A model generated the notes under the pieces. That model was not told where the DNA came from. It searched no databases and worked only from the letters and a program-made list of their open reading frames with translations. Positions 44,340 to 61,019 of a stretch of 64,000 bases of DNA are shown here, piece by piece. The first letter of the stretch is position 1, and every line of letters starts with the position of its first letter. This DNA is from the human T2T-CHM13v2.0 reference genome, Homo sapiens. The DNA is taken from assembly GCF_009914755.1 (NCBI RefSeq), contig NC_060927.1. The stretch is one strand, 5' to 3'. The translations under genes and the position numbers were made by a program.

Positions 44340-47300
44340 TCAATGAATTATATCTGTGTGAAGTGTTCTCTATTTGGTCCAAATCTTTTAAAAATGGGAA
44401 TACTAAAGTTCACAGTAATAAGATGTTGTCAGTCTACATTGAGGACTACAAAGAAGCATTTCTATAAAATATCCTTTGTTGCTAATGAAAGTTAATATTT
44501 ATCTTGATATTTACATTATAATACAGTGATCCCTATACATACTGAAGAGCATCCTAGAAAATTGATTTTTCTTAGTATAAGCATTGTATTTCTTTAAAAT
44601 ATATAATCAGAGCCCAATCTGTAAATGTAGGTAAGATCCTTTATAGGATGCTTTTTAAATGTAGGTCAAATTCTTGCCTCCTTCTCATGTTTTTCCACTG
44701 TTTACCCATTTTATTTTTTATTTACTTAATTTATATTATATATTTCATTTACTGTCATTTATATTTATATAAATATATTTATACATAAATATATTTATAT
44801 TGTACATGTATGTATCATTTAAGCTATCTCAATTTCTTTTTGTAACAAAGAGATATCTATCTGTCTCTACTGTATATTTGTCTATCTACCCTTCCATGTA
44901 ACAATTCATCTAAATTTACTATATGATACCCCAACATTTCAGATGCAATCTGAAAATAGCAACCTTAGATCCTCTATAAACTCATCTATGTTTTTGTGGT
45001 GACTTTAGTTTTCTTCTACCTTCGAAGCTATTCAAATCAGAATAGCCTCAAATCTGCCTTAAACTTGTCTGAGACAAAGTAACATATTTGTATCATCAGA
45101 GCTCAGTATTAACTTAAAGCTTAACTAACCACCTCTTTGCTAAGTCACCTGAAGATGATTCTTGCCTTTCTGTGCACGAATAAAATAATTTGGGACCTAT
45201 GGAACAACACCAACCATTTTCAAATAACTAATAAGGCATATAACATAGAGCAGACACAACTGATTATATAGTTTGTACCCTGTCCAAGGCACCTAGTCCA
45301 GGAGTGTGTTTCACTCAATAACCCACGTTCCCTAGCCCAAGCTGCATCTGCTTGAGCAAAGGGTTTCTTTTAATAATTTGCACAAAGGTGTCCGAACAGG
45401 CAGCTTTTTTCTAAGTTGTATTGAAACTCCATATGAGATAAGAAAGGCCCTCTATAACATGTTTCTATAGTACTTCTAACAGAATATAATTAATTGTATT
45501 AATATTAGCTGGCTCTCTAGCTGTTACATGTAACATAAATATTCAGGTAACTTCCTAGTAATGACTAACCTCATGAGCTTAGGTCTCCATGACTTGCACT
45601 AAAGAATGCTTTAAAAATAGAATGTTAACAAGTTCGGAGACATGGATTATTTGTACAATAAAATACTTTTCTTTTAAATTTAGCTTCTGGCTCCCATTCC
45701 TTCAGGCAGATTTTATATATTAGTAGTTAAGTCTTAATGAATTATCTACAGGTAGGCTATACATAACACATTTTTACATTAACTTTTCGTGACTATGACA
45801 TGAATACATGCCCATTGCAAAAACAAAATAAAACAGTACACTGAAAATATAGAAAATATGAGGAAAGATTACGAGCATCAATAGTCTGATGACACAGAGA
45901 CAATAAACCACTACTGGACCTTCAGGATTTCATTCCAACGTGACACATTTTAATCCCAATTTGGCTTACCCATTTTCCCCTGCACACAACGAGTAGCCTC
46001 CTATTTTTACTATTTGGTATTGTGCTTAAGCAACGGAAATATTTCAAGTATTTCTATAGCAATTGTTTTCTATAAAATTAATTTAGTAATTGATCAAGTA
46101 CTATCATATTTAATAGCCCTGCAATTGATCATTATTCATGATACTACTCATTGTTATTGCTTATTACTTCATGAATTTGGTTTTATTCAATCATGTCATA
46201 TGGAGATTTTATACACACACACAAAACACGCACACGCACACACGACCGGCTACTACATAAATATTAAACCATTTCTCCGAAATAATATGGAGGTTAGAAG
46301 TAGCTTCTAGATGAACAAAATGAAATGGCAAATTTGATGCTTAAAAGTCAAAAATTTCATATCAATGCCAAAGATACATTATTTTAGATAACACTCTTTT
46401 TCTTTATTTTTATTTTTACTATCTTTGCTACAACACTACAACATTAATATGAAGAACTGAGAGTCAGCTACGCCTATAAAGGTAAAGTGCCATAAAAGCC
46501 CCAATGCATCTCTCTCAAGAGTCTAATCTTATTCTATCTGAGGAGCTATCCTCTTTCTGTGAACTCTGTCATGTAGAATTACATCATCTCCCACGGCTCA
46601 GATTATCTCCAATTTATAAAATGCTTTAACAAAAACTGTTACAAAGTGGGCTCTGTTATATATTCATATAACTTCCTCTTCACTTTGGTTAATACGGAAA
46701 TACACAATACATCAATATGTTTCATTAAAACGATTGTTTTGATATAGTAATAAGCTGGGCAAATAGAGGAAGTATGCTGGGTGCAATTTATTTACATTTT
46801 AATAAGACCTCAAACAAATGATACCACACAGGAAGCTCAGAATTAGGTTAAGGAGAAATGGTGGCTAAAAAATGCCTTGAAGTTTGGAAGCTGTAAGTAT
46901 TATCTAATCAATAGTATTACTTTTGAATTAAGATAGAATAACCATTCCACAGGGACAGGTATTGTGGTCTGTGACAAACATTATTCAATGCAGACATTAA
47001 AAATTTAGGGGAGATAGAAATTTTCAAAATTTGATAAAATTTTAAGACTAAACCTTAGAATATATGCCAAATGCTAAAGTTTAAAATGAATGGGCCTATG
47101 AAATAAAAATCTCATGAAAGCCCAAAGTATGGGAGTTTTCTTCCTTAATATACCAAAGCTTACTGCTAAAATCCCCATTTAATAGAGATGATAACTTCGC
47201 CATTCACATTTTGGGTTTCTCCTACTATGCATGTTAACTTTTTGTGAATAGTTCTAAAAATCAAGACAAGTATGTACTTTAATCAAATAGGAGATTCAGA

Positions 47301-47649
47301 AAGCATTGATTTCAGTCTACAATTATAGTAGCCTGCACTATTCCTATTTCCAAACTCTGAGCAGGTTCACCTTTGTTTGAGACAAATTATCACTGATAAT
47401 ATCTTACAGATTAATGTGCATGACATTTGTCTATCCAGTGTAGTTTCCAAGACAATAAAAAAAATTGCAGAAGTAAATATATTATTTAAGCTGCAAGTGA
47501 AGAAACAATTATAAAAGTACAATAATGATAGGAAAAGCATGAAGAGGACAGGGTGAGGTAAATATACAAAAGGAATCTTGTAAGAACTGACACATTTGCT
47601 AAAAGAACAAGAATATGACTCCGTGTGTGTGTGTATAAATCTCTCTCTA

Positions 47650-48050
<401 letters not shown>

Positions 48051-49049
48051 TCTCTCTATATATACACACATGCAGAGGCATACATATATGCCTCTATAAA
48101 AATAAATATTTCATTAGGAGTTTTGCAATTTCCTTATTTGTATCTATCCATGAACTAGAAAGTAAGTTCCTTGAAAGTATGACTTATGTTTTCTGTGTTG
48201 TAATTCATAATAACTAGCATGATACTGAGCAGAAAATTGGTTCTCAATAAATATTTGTGTGAAATACAAAAAATCTAATTTCATTCATGCACACTATGTA
48301 AAAGAACAAAATTAAAGAATTCCCAAAAATAAGACAAATGATACCATTACATGGGGAAAGCAAGTTAGATTATGCTACACTACACTAAGCCAATAAAATT
48401 AATACCAAAAAAACCCTTCAAGTGAAAATAAATCTATGTAAATACATGCTGAAATCCTCAGATGATTCAGACTCCAGAGAAATGAAACCCCAATGACAGC
48501 ATCATGAAAATGAGTTGCCCCAATATCACATATCGTTTTTGTCATACTCTACAAGAAGTGGTCAGGTGTGATTAGAAATTCCAATTTCCTAATCTTACAG
48601 AATATAAACAATCTATATTACATAAGTCTATGAATTTTCTGAGGCATTATAAACTTTTATGGACATTTTTTATTAGAATCTGAACACAATGGTGTTTCAA
48701 TATAAAAACTCATAATTTCAATTGTGAATCACCATTTTACATTTAAACAATTTTAAAAATTCACATTGTGACATGTTATACCATTAGGTTATTAAAAAAA
48801 CTCTGAAAGTTTTCTTAATAAGATCATAAAGTTTTTTCTAGTTATGCAAGAGCAATTTGATAGTGGAAAATCAATTATGCTAAGTCCTTTGCTGAACTGT
48901 CACATTTCAAATTATCCTATAATGTTTTAAAGGGAAAGGGCTATGCATCTTAATCCCAATGTCTAGTGAACAATTTCTGGCATATAGTAAGTGCTAAATA
49001 AAATGTATGATGAATTAATTTGAGTTGAAAAATACATCTCAAGAAAAGT

Positions 49050-51060
49050 CTATGTCCATGAGTTACAATTGGACAATATTTACCAGAAAAAAAAGATTAA
49101 TAAAAGTCAACGTCCATTCCTAATAATCAAATAAGGATTCAGAAAATAGTATGTTAATCCACTTTACCAATATATCAAATAATATCTGTCTTAAATCAAC
49201 AACCAATATCTGCCTTAAATATGAAAAAAAACTAGAGATAATACCACATAATAAAAAACAAGAAATATGCCCTCTACCACAACGATTACTTAACTGTTTT
49301 GGAAATTATAGTCAATGAAATAGGATATTAAACAGGAATAAGAAAGGAAATAGACAGTCATCTTTGTTAGGAGATAATTTAATAACTTTGAAACCCCAAA
49401 AGAACTTAAAAGAAATTATTAAAACTATTAAGAGAGTTGAATAAAATAACTAGATAATAAATACAGATAGTCCCCAACTTACAGTGGTTCAGCTTAAGAT
49501 TTTCCAGTTTTACAGTGGGTTTATCAGAATGGAACCCCACATAAGTTGAGGATCATGTGGATTATAAATAGGAAGTGGCTTTTCTACCAAAGAATTATAA
49601 ATGAAATATAGGCAATTAAGGACACTAACAAGAACATAGCATGCCTATACCTAAATATATGAAGGAATTTGGGGATCTATATGAATAAAAAGATACAATC
49701 TATTTATGTATGAAAACATACTATGCTTCTGAATGGGAAGACTGAATATTGCAAAGATACTAATACTGATTTATAGGTTTAATACAATTCCAACAAATAT
49801 TCCAATGAAACATTTTTATGAACTCAACAAACTAAACAAATCCTGACTAGTAAGTAGGTGACAAAAGCCAAAGCATTTTTGAAAAAAGAAAGATAAGGAA
49901 GGATTTTACCTAAAAGATACACAAACTTATTTTGAAGCTCTAATGGAAGCAATATAGAACCGGTGAAAGAACTGAAAAAGCAGATAGTCCAGAAATAGAT
50001 CCTAATGTTGATAAAAATTAGTAGGCAATCAAGATGATGTCAAAATCAGTGGGGAAATGATTCTGGAACAATTGATTAACCATTAAGAACAAAAGTAAGT
50101 AAGATGTTTACATCATAACATGCTAAAATAAATTCTGGGAGAAACACAATTAAAAATATAAAACAGAACCATGATCATACTAGAAAAAATGGTGAATATT
50201 TACTAAATTTCAAGCTATTTAAAAAAGAAGATAAAAGTAATGAACATAGTCACAGAGAAAAAAATACACAAGAAATTGACCATACAAATATTTAACATTT
50301 TCTCACATAAAATCTTACAAATCAGTAAAACTACATGAGTAAAGACCACAAGCAAACAATTTATAAAAATAAGAAAACAATGACAAACATGTAAAAAACA
50401 TTCTAGTTCCTTATTAAATCACTGCAAATTAAAACTATGTAAACTAGTTATTTTGCCTGCAATTTGTCATATATTTATATAATGCTGCTATTCAAAACAG
50501 TTAAGAATGTAGTTAGAAAAGCACTTTTACATACAATTGGAGAAGAATTCTCAAAGGAACCTTGAGAATTTTACATCCTCTAGCCCAGAAATCAACTTTC
50601 TAAGGATGTATGCTAAAAACATAATCCAAGATGCAGATAAAAATTTATATATAAAAATGATCCTCAGAGTAGGAGAAATAATAGTGGAAAATGACCTAAA
50701 TGTCAAACATGAAGGAGTTAATTAAAATTTTTTGGTACATAATTAAGATATAATATTACACAGCTAATGAAAATGAGTATTTTATGACTCAGAATTAATA
50801 AAATTAATGCTAAGTGAAGAGATCACTATACAGACTATACAATCCAAAATGTTGTTTAGAAATATGCAAACAAACACATATATATAAACACCTGTACACT
50901 TTAGAAACACCCATACACTTGGAAAGAGGCAGAGCAAATACTTAGAATTGTTTATCCATGATTGGTGGTGTCAAGTGATTTAAATTTATTCGTTATATAT
51001 ATTTTCTATTTTGACACATCCTTTCAACAAGTGTACATTACCTTTTAATCTGGAAAAAAA
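49050..51060 (+). mobile_element. Highly degraded L1ME-like ORF2/3' fragment
   Basis: A-rich; GAATGGGAAGACTGAATATTGCAAAGATAC, AGTCCAGAAATAGATCC, AATCAACTTTCTAAGGATGTATGCTAA. Confidence 0.65.
49464..49560 (+). mobile_element. MER47C/Tigger5-type MITE
   Basis: TA|CAGATAGTCCCCAACTTAC...ATAAGTTGAGGATCATGTG, about 100 bp with terminal inverted repeats. Confidence 0.75.
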
Positions 51061-54000
51061 AGTTATTTTAAGCCTAAAATGAATTTATGTGGGTTAGAAA
51101 TTCACTTAAGGGAAAAAAATCAGATACCGATAAAAATCACTTTCATATACATGTAGAATTACTGTGCTCTTTAATCTGTGAATCTCCATACTTTTGTGCA
51201 TAAAGAACATCTATTGAGATATTGAGATACTTGACTTTTTTTTAGTGCTGAAGAACACAATAATTTTCCTGAATTAAAACCCAAAGAAAATAAAGTCACT
51301 CATAAATACCATATTTGACTACAGCATTCACCCAATGCTCTGATGGCCTTTCCCGTTGTTGACTTATTGATAAAATTTACCTACATTGCTAATATTAATA
51401 ATTGTTTTGGTACCAATTTCAGGAATAATCAATCTGAGAATGTTTACTTGGCCCATTTAGACAATACCAAGGAAAACACCCCCAAGTAACTGTAACCAGC
51501 ATAGTGAACAGTGTATTTGCGTTTTCACATTTCTTTTCCATGGAATACCAACCTTGCCTAGTATTTTGCGAATAACAATGGATGGAACTTGGATTTTCAA
51601 CAGTGCTTAAAAAATAGCTGCCAAAGTCAAGACATGTAATAACCTTCTAAGTAAGTTTGCTGGCTCCATATTGTGTTTGAAGGCACACCCCCTCCAAACG
51701 TCTGCAGTCACCATCTGCTACTCAACTGCAGAATAATGCACTGAAGTCTGGTGTTGTTTGGCATGGGCAAAGACAGCCAATGTCCAACTCCATTCAGACA
51801 TGTGCACCATATCAGGAACCTTATGACACAGTCCTCAACATCAATGCAGCACTTTCAAGCCCTGCTGCACATCAATCAAGTATGTATGACAGTCAAGCTG
51901 ATAGATAAAATCTAAGCCAACTCTAAATACCTACTGTGCATGGATCTCTCTAGTTTGCCTGCAGCTCACCTTCTATTAAGATGATAGCTTTGGCCTAGTC
52001 TTCCATGCCAAAATAAGTGCATGGAGTCACTCTGGCAAGAAGAAGCGTCTACATCAATGTCAACAAACAAGTTCCTTGCGCCCGACCCTACCATCTGTCC
52101 TCCTGCTTCCCACCTACCGTACTTTATGTGGACCTTGATGAATGAGATTCTAATAGTCCAAGACTCTAGTTTAGCCAGCCTTTGCAGATGGGGTCAACAT
52201 GACTGCCCTCTGGCCAAATACCCAGGGTGACATAGCTGATGGGTTACCTGGAAAGTGCCTTTTTGCAAATTTAATGTCAGAAATAAAGCAAATGAAGGCG
52301 TTCCTACAGGTTCTGAGTTTCGGGTTTATGGAAAAAAGTGATGCATTCAATGCTTAAAGTGAAGATAATTTTTCTTTTAAATTATTTGAAAATCTTATAA
52401 TGCTAAAGCATTGATAAATTCCATTTCAACACTACGGGTAAGGGAAATAAAATGAATGAATAAAAGTAAAACTGGGGCTATTCTAATGTATTTACAAAGT
52501 AGGTTTGAGAGAAAGACTTGAAAAAAATCTCAGAAATATGTAGAAATAAGACTTGATAGTGTAACATTAATATAGAAGCAGATTATTTCATTCTGCGTTA
52601 GATGCAACAATATTAGAGCATATTGCACATGCTAAATGGGGAATAATAGATTTCATACCTATTCTACAGAAGTTGTATGGCACTTGCAGATTTCAAGGTA
52701 GAGCAGTAAAATTTAATATAATCTTAAGTATGAGATATAAATAGTTTCTGGAAAAATCTAATTGTTTTTGCCTTAAAAAGATATTACATGAAATATGATA
52801 AATCAGTATTGTCATAAAAGTAGTAAATAAAATTATTTTGTTTTTTGAACATGTTGACAAACCATTTCAATTAGGTCATAAAAAAACACTTAAAATGGAG
52901 CCTGAGGGCATATGAAACAAACAGAAATTTCAGGAAATGCCGCTAGTTCCAATCCAACTCAATTTAATAGGATGATACAATGATAAGACCTTATTTTTCC
53001 TTCAAGGAAAGCTAAATGTATTTCTAGAATGGTCTCTGGACACATCAAAAATAGAACAAGCAAAAACAAAACAAACATTCTACCTAGGAAACAACATCAT
53101 CTGAAACTCTAGACAATTTAAGTAATAATAAGAAAGTGAATCTTCACCAAATGAGAAAATGAATGTGAAAATATGTTACATACTATAAAGCACCATACAC
53201 AGAATTATTCAGAGCATCTATTAAAGTGCTTTGTACATAGTAAGCATTTACTAAATGTTTGTAGAATTGACTAGAATTTAATTGAAAAGAGAAGTATAAT
53301 GAGACTTCTACAAGTAGAATCAGATCCTTTTAATACCATGGGAAAAAGTTTCAGTCAAATTATATGACTAGGTACATCCGTTGTCTTTGATGTTATGAAT
53401 CAAGATGAGATCCTATTATATCAAAAGAAAAAATATTGTTGAATTTCTCTTTGGAGAAATCACAGTAAAATGAAAAGGATGATTATTTTTAATTTCTAAA
53501 TATCTCCAAATTTTATAGCATTCTTCTGTCAACTAAGATAATGCTATAGAAATCCTACATAAAACTTGAACTTACAATGTCCTGGCCTAATCATCTGGCT
53601 AATCTCTTTGAGTTTTCCTGAAATATGTTCACATCCCATTTTCTATGGGAATTCTCCCACTGATTAACACAGAGAATGAGAATTTGGCCTGTGCTCTATA
53701 GGCACCATTGAAATGTGGCCACCTGAGGCATGTAGGGAGGGCATCCAGCTGGCACACCACATGTTGCCCTGGAGTAGTGTACAATGAGAGGGATATTTTG
53801 GCTAAGAATACCTGGATGATCTCTATAAAGGTCCTGATTATGAAAAGGACTTCAGCATTATCATTGTCTCATGGGCATAATATGAGCCAGGGAAACTTCT
53901 GTTTCTAAGTTCATATATTTTCCAAAGAAAGGACTTATAAGAATATAAGAAAAAATCAAAGAACTCTATGAAAGAGAAACACTGGGCCATTGATACTAGA

Positions 54001-57000
54001 TTTTATGTACTATCCATATCACTAGAAGAAACTTTTTTGAGAGCTCCATGCATTTTAAAACTTATGCTAAAGCACACTATAGACTTGACCATCAAATAAA
54101 ACATAATGAAATCTGTAAAATAAAGGATGCAAAAACATAGCGTGAAAATTTATGCCTGCAGTGCAGTTGTTGTACTATATTTTATAAAAATCAATTAAGT
54201 TCACATACTACTCACTTAAGAAATATCTGCTGATTTTATTTTTATTTTACGCAACTTGTGAGGAAGAAAATCCATGCATTTGAACTGTAGTGCCAATAAA
54301 ACAATTTTGTCAATTTTGAGTCTATTTTTTTCAAAACACCATACGTGATTAAAACACATAATGCACTAGTATTTTTGCCAAATTTTGTTTTTAAACCAAA
54401 GCTGTTTTTGAATTACATAAGCACAAAATCAGAATTTCAAAACCAGCAAACATATTTAGGGGTGAATTTTAAAATAAGCCCACTTGATTCATTGTTAGAC
54501 AAACTTTGAGTGCCAGGGACATTTTTGTGAAATTCCACTGGGGTAAATAGGGTAGCTAGGAAACGCTCCTCAAAGTGAAAAATAAGTATATGCATTATTT
54601 TCAATAAGTTTTGTTTAGCATTTTCACCCTCATACTAAGTGGTTCTGGTGATATTTACAATACAACATGAGCATAAATCTTAAGGAATTTATGATGTCAT
54701 CAAATGCTAAGAGACAATTACAGCTGGGTTTTACATTTGTGTTTATATGTTATTTTGCATATAGATCCCAAAAACCAATGAAGAGAAACTTTGATACAAA
54801 ACATATCCTGAAACTAAAAGACAGCTTCTATCTATCAATATAACCAGTTGATAGTATTTCTAAGACAGAGTTTGACAGTAAGTGAAACAAACAAACATAA
54901 TGTTTTAAATATGCCACTTCAGCCACTCCAGCTGTCACTCAAGAGGCTTTTTTTAATATCATTAATTCAATGCCACACAAACAGGAATTCGGTCTTTCCA
55001 ATAAATTTTGGTGACAACTTGTTGGCAGAAAGGAAACTAATATATATGTGGAAACTTTTATTTTGTCATCATGTATGTTTGTTTGAACTTGCTTAAAATA
55101 TTGTAATTGTGGGCCTAATTTACACCTTTTTTCCTAAAAGCTCAAACAAATCACAATGATCACAGTGTCCCTAAGACTAATGAGTCCCAATTTATACCAC
55201 AGAAAATAGAAGCTCAGAGAGCTAAAGAGTACTGGCAGAATATTATACTGCAAGAATAGCAATATAGCAAGTATACTCACTTGAAATCCTAATAAAACCA
55301 TAAAAACTACCACTTTGTATTTTTCATTAGCTTATATTTTTACTTAATGCAAAATATTTTGCAGAAAAGTTTTCTAGCTAGCTTTATTGCTAGTAAGAGA
55401 ATAACTTTTATTAATTGAATTAATTTTTGTAATTTGTGACCAATGAGGTTTGACTCACATCGCACATTTTCTTTAGGAACTCAGATACTTCATAGATCTT
55501 AATACCCTGATGAAAATTTAAGTCCTAAAAGGCCAGGAAATACTGAGATTCAAGTTGGCTCCTCTACCATCTTTACTGACAGAAATTCAGAGTGCCAAAA
55601 GTCAGCACTGCTGGTTGCTGATCATCATATCTAAACATTGATTCTTCTAATTGTGTATTTTGAGACTTGCTTGATTTTAGAATTACAGGTGGAAAGTCAC
55701 TTCTCTTTGATATAAATTGCATGCAATAAAGAAGGAGGCAGTCCTACACAATAAATATGTAAGGAATGGTTTTCCACCTCTGCATGCTGCAGAAAATCCC
55801 ACTGAGTTAAGTAGGGTTCTACCAAGGCCACTTAAACATATTAGCCTATTATGCTCCACATTTCTTTATTGTTCTCAAAAAGCTAATGAAATGTTCCAGT
55901 GTAATGTTAATGCTGGAGTACTTTTAAAGGCATTTTAGAAGTGATGTTTCTCTCATAACTCCAGAAGGGGGTTCCACTTCCTAAAAACATTTAGGAGGCC
56001 ATGGGGAGACCATGCAGCCTCTTTACTCAGACTGTTTAGACTCATAGCTGGAGAAGAAAATCCTTAAAGATAATCACTTAAGAGTTTCAGTGTGAGCTAT
56101 AGCATCATCGCAAAGCGACAGGAATTAAAAGGCAGTGTACCGTACTACTGAATAGATAGGTTTAAAATACTGTGTACTGTCTATTCACAGATAACATTGA
56201 TTTACGTTGGTAAATCTATTGGTTCAGCACATCAGTGCAGTATTAAGGAATCAATTGTTTCTCCAGAGTCAATTATTTTTAGAAAAATAAGGAAATGTGA
56301 CCTATCACTGAAAGTCAGTATGTAGAATTAAACTTGGCCAGTTTTCTTCCTCGCTGGGGTCTTAATTTTTTCAACTGTAAGATAAATGAATCAGACTTGT
56401 CAGTATCTATGATCACTTCTAGCATTAAAGTTTTCTAGTTTTAAGATTCTAAATACCAACACTGTATGTTGAGGAATAGCAAAGTAGGAAAAGAACTGGG
56501 AATAAAACTATCACTGAATTATTAACTTTCCAACAATCAAAATTCTGTAATTTTGCCTTTAGTTGCCATAAACAACCACCTCACCTTCTGAATATCAACA
56601 ATAATATGAATGAAGGAAAGGTTGTATACTAAGGTCACAGGTGGTATGGTTGAGATTAAAGCCAAGACTGAGAGTATAGTAATGAATTGAGAAATGAATC
56701 ATACACTTTTGACCTAATATGTAATATGTCTTCCCAAATCGTCATTTTTATACATTCATTTTCAATGGAAAACAACAACTTGAATATCTTAGAGGTTTTT
56801 TCCCCCAAGAAAGACATCAGGCTGTAATCTCCCCCCACAAAATTTAATACAGTTCATAGCTCATACCCCTACCGGATAATCCCCAAAATGTCTTGTTCCT
56901 TTTTCAAATTAGACATCAGCATTCAGTATAACAATTAATCAATGCCAACAATGTTCCATATGCTTTATTAGCATTCATTCACCGAATCCTTCCATGAACA

Positions 57001-60000
57001 CTAGGAAGTAGGTACTAATAAAAACAGAAACAATTTTGAAGTACAGAATCTCAGAGGTGGTTATCAGTAATTCTAGAATATCAGTCTGACATATGGGTCC
57101 CTCCACTTTTTTTCAGTGCACAACGTGAACACTGTGTGGCACAGTGTTTCAAGAATTAATGTTTGATTTATATCAAAGCATTATGTTTTTTACTTCATCT
57201 TAATAGTAATCACAAGAGTGACTTATGCCTCCTACATGAAAGCAGAGATAGAAAAAAGATGACCTTGGAAGTTACATATTTTCTTTTCCTGTAAGTATGA
57301 AGACATGTCTATAAGTTATTAGAACCATAAAAAACCAAAAAACTAATAAGAATAAAATTGTGAAAGAATATTGAAACCTCCTTAATAAGCAGGTTCTTGT
57401 AGGATATTGAACAAGGTATGTATGTTGTAGCCCTGATGCTATATTTGTGTCATGCTGAGCAAGCTACTTAACATTTAGGTGCGTAAGGGTTTTTTTCCCT
57501 AAAGTGGGAGGATTTAGATCTCTAAATTCCTTACCAATCATAATTTTAGAGCAAATTATCTATAAAGTCAATTAATAATTTGCCTTGCTTCATGTATTAC
57601 ATAATAGTTGCTAATCAAAATGAATAGTATTATACTCACAGCTTTAACTAACTTATAGCTAAGATCAGGCTTGCTTTGTAAACATCTCTCTAAAAACTCA
57701 GAAGTCCATGAATACTAAGACTTTTTACTCCTCCTGTAATTTTTGACCTCTACTGGAAATCTCACCTGCTACCCCTGACCTCGAATATTGCAAGTATTAA
57801 TACAGTTTCTGTATATAGTGTACTTAAGCCAAAAGTCAGAGGCATGAGAAAGGTAAAGGCCGGGACAAAGGTACTACAATTCAGCTACACACTTGTAATG
57901 CTTCCCATTAGTTCGTTAGTTATATTAGTTCCAGAAACTATTTTAACACGGTAGGCTGATACTGCAAGCAAAAACAAAAATCATGAGAACAATGAAATAG
58001 TAGGTCTTAGCGCTTAAGCATATCTACTAGTAGTAATACTTGACAAGCAGCCCACCTTCTTTGTGATCTGGAAATGATTTGATGATAAAGCCAAATTCTA
58101 GAAATATAACTGCTATCTTTTGGGAGATCAAAGGTCATGTGAGGGGGAGAGCTAAGGTCAAGAGCAAGCCCCTTAAGCCTACTCCAGAAATTTCACTAGA
58201 GGGTGCTCTTGGGCTTTCATGACTTCTCAGTTCTTCAATAAGAACCAAGTATTGCTTAGATAATATATTCTGCCTAGTATAACTTGGACTCCATCATGGA
58301 TCCCATATCCAATACTTCAATATAGAATTAAAAGATATCTCCAGCAGACCCTGGGCCTGGTTTTTTATTTTCCTGTGTAATTTCCTTGTTTCTACTGATA
58401 GTACACTTGTGAGTTTCACAAATTTAAGACAGGTAAGAGATCTTAAGAGGTCTCCAAAAGTCTACATTCTATTAAACAACCACAGAAACTTCCTAATACA
58501 TCAAAGTAAGATTAAATGGGGATTAACTGATAAATCTATTTTTGCAAATATATGTTTTACAAACATATTTTAATCTTATAATAGGTTCATAATTTATATA
58601 CCTATTGGAAGAATTATTATTCCATAAGATCTGTAGAGAAAGTCTGATTGTCAAATAGAATAAATTTCAATTATTTATATATGTATTATTCATATGTCTC
58701 ATGACATCAAATATTGAGCACCAAGTAAGTACTGAATAAATATTTCTTGACCCTTTATTGCACATACATATTTTTATAACACGTTCCAACAGGATGACAT
58801 ATAATTAAATTTTAATCTCTACACCATATGTTTGAAATTTTTTCTATAAATGCAGTTTCACCTTTCTGGAATTCACGTTTAATGACTTATTCTGTTTATT
58901 TCTAATGATAATCGCTTTTTATATACTTTCCATTTTTGCTACGTTTTTAAGAGAAAATGAAACATGGAAATTGTTTTGTTATGTGATTAACTTTTTAATG
59001 TTTCTATTTGTTTATTAGAAGATTAAGAAGGTTATTTATTTCTACATTAAAATATTGGCAATGGCATATATCAATGCATAGTGATTTTCTTAAGAATTGC
59101 AATGAGTGACTCAGTAAAATTCTTCTTCACTTTCAGGATGTAAAGAATTATGGCTACTAGCCATTATGCAGGGTGATGTTCTTATCACACATAATTGAAA
59201 ACTCAATAGTTTTAGCATCTTTAGGGTTGACAGTAAAATTCTGAGGTTGACTATGGAATGCTAAGTCTTTGAAGGCACTTCCAATTTGGCTAAACTTACA
59301 GTTTCATTATTCCTTAATTGAATTAAGTTTAAGTTTCTCTTAAAATCAGCTTGAGGCTTTTGACAAATTAGAAATTTGGGTCCTGAATAGTAGCCCTTTA
59401 CAATATATGAATCTGCATAAAGATGTGTTTTAAATGCCTATTTGATAAAAAGATAAGCCTGGTCACTTATGGATTCTAGCTCCTTTCAACATCCTGCATG
59501 GATTGCAACCAGTGTGAAAAATTGGGGATCTTTAAAGTGGTCTCAGATCTCTTATAAAGCAGTCACCTGGGCTCTTAAACTGTATGGTGCTTCTCAAAAA
59601 GGGCTCCTTAAGTATCCTATCTGATGTATGTTATTCCCCAATTCAACTTGCAAAGGACAGAGTCACCAGCATATATTCAAACTGTATTTCATCCAAGTGG
59701 GTTGTCAATAAGCTTAAATCACTCTATGAAGAACTGGCAAAATTCCCATGGATACTGTGAAAATAAAGGGAATCAATGAAGAGATATAATTATTTTAGTC
59801 TCAGATTTAATTAATTTGTGGGAGAGGTCATTTTCTCTCAAATATATTCAAGTTTCTTCAAACACAGGTCAATGTTTGCCAGCTGATAGGAAAAAAGAAA
59901 ACATTTAGTCTGAGTTTCCCACGTTTATATTAATCTCTGTATCACAGCTAAATAAAATGTTTCATAAATCTTCATATAGGCAAAAGAGAGTTCAAGCTAA

Positions 60001-61019
60001 GGCAGAGTAACAAGTATTGCCAATAGAAAATAACCTCTTAAGTACTGTTTCTACTATTTCCTGTTCTAATTTTTCTATTGGAGAGAATGAAACAAAGTAA
60101 TTTCACATCTGGTTTTATGAATCAGCTCACTAAAGATTCTAGGTAGAAGTTACACGGGAGATGCAAGTATAACTTCATTATTTTACAATTAGAACACTAA
60201 GACAAAGAAAGAATAAAAGTGGCGTGCTATCCCATGCCATGCAGTTAGCATATGGCAGGTCTTACTCAGAGTCCCCAGTTCCTAATCTAGTGTTCTTTCT
60301 ACTGCAAAGGTTTCCAGTGCTGCTTGGTTTTTCATAAAGGATCTGTATATCATGTCAAAATTTCATGTTGACTTTCCTTGAAATTTCAGAGAAAAAGAAG
60401 GCAGTATAAGAAAAATTACTCTTCATTGTCTAACTCTTCAAGTCAGACAGCATTCCTATGTGCAATGATCCTCGATACAGTCTAGGTCAACTGATCTCTA
60501 TGAGTTTTCATACTCATTAAAATGTATGCATCACAAAGTACAATTAATGTTCTCACTGACTTTAGGGACCTTGCATGTTTCATCCGTTCCCTAACCTATG
60601 CCATCCTGAATCCAAGAGGCACCCTGTATTTCTCTGAAAGTCAGCCCAGCATGAAAATACTGAAATAAGAGTGCAGGTGTACTCTTTGCTTTAAGAAGAC
60701 ACAATAAGCCAAATTCTGAACTTACCAAACAGACAAATTATGGGGTGATTATTCACATTTTAAAAGGATTCACCACAGGATGCTTTTAAATCATAAGCTG
60801 CTCTATTGCATTTTAAATAAGTTGATTTATAAAGCTTCCTTTACAAGGACTTTTCACTATCCAGGGTTCATGGTTCCTTATCCAAAGGCAATGAGAGCTT
60901 GGTGAGCATAAAGTCCTATTACCTGCTAAGCCAAGCTTCCTTTCCCAAATAAGAGAATAATTAGGACTGTAGTTCATTTTTGAAAAATTAATGAGTCTCT
61001 CACTCCTGAAAAATTTAAT

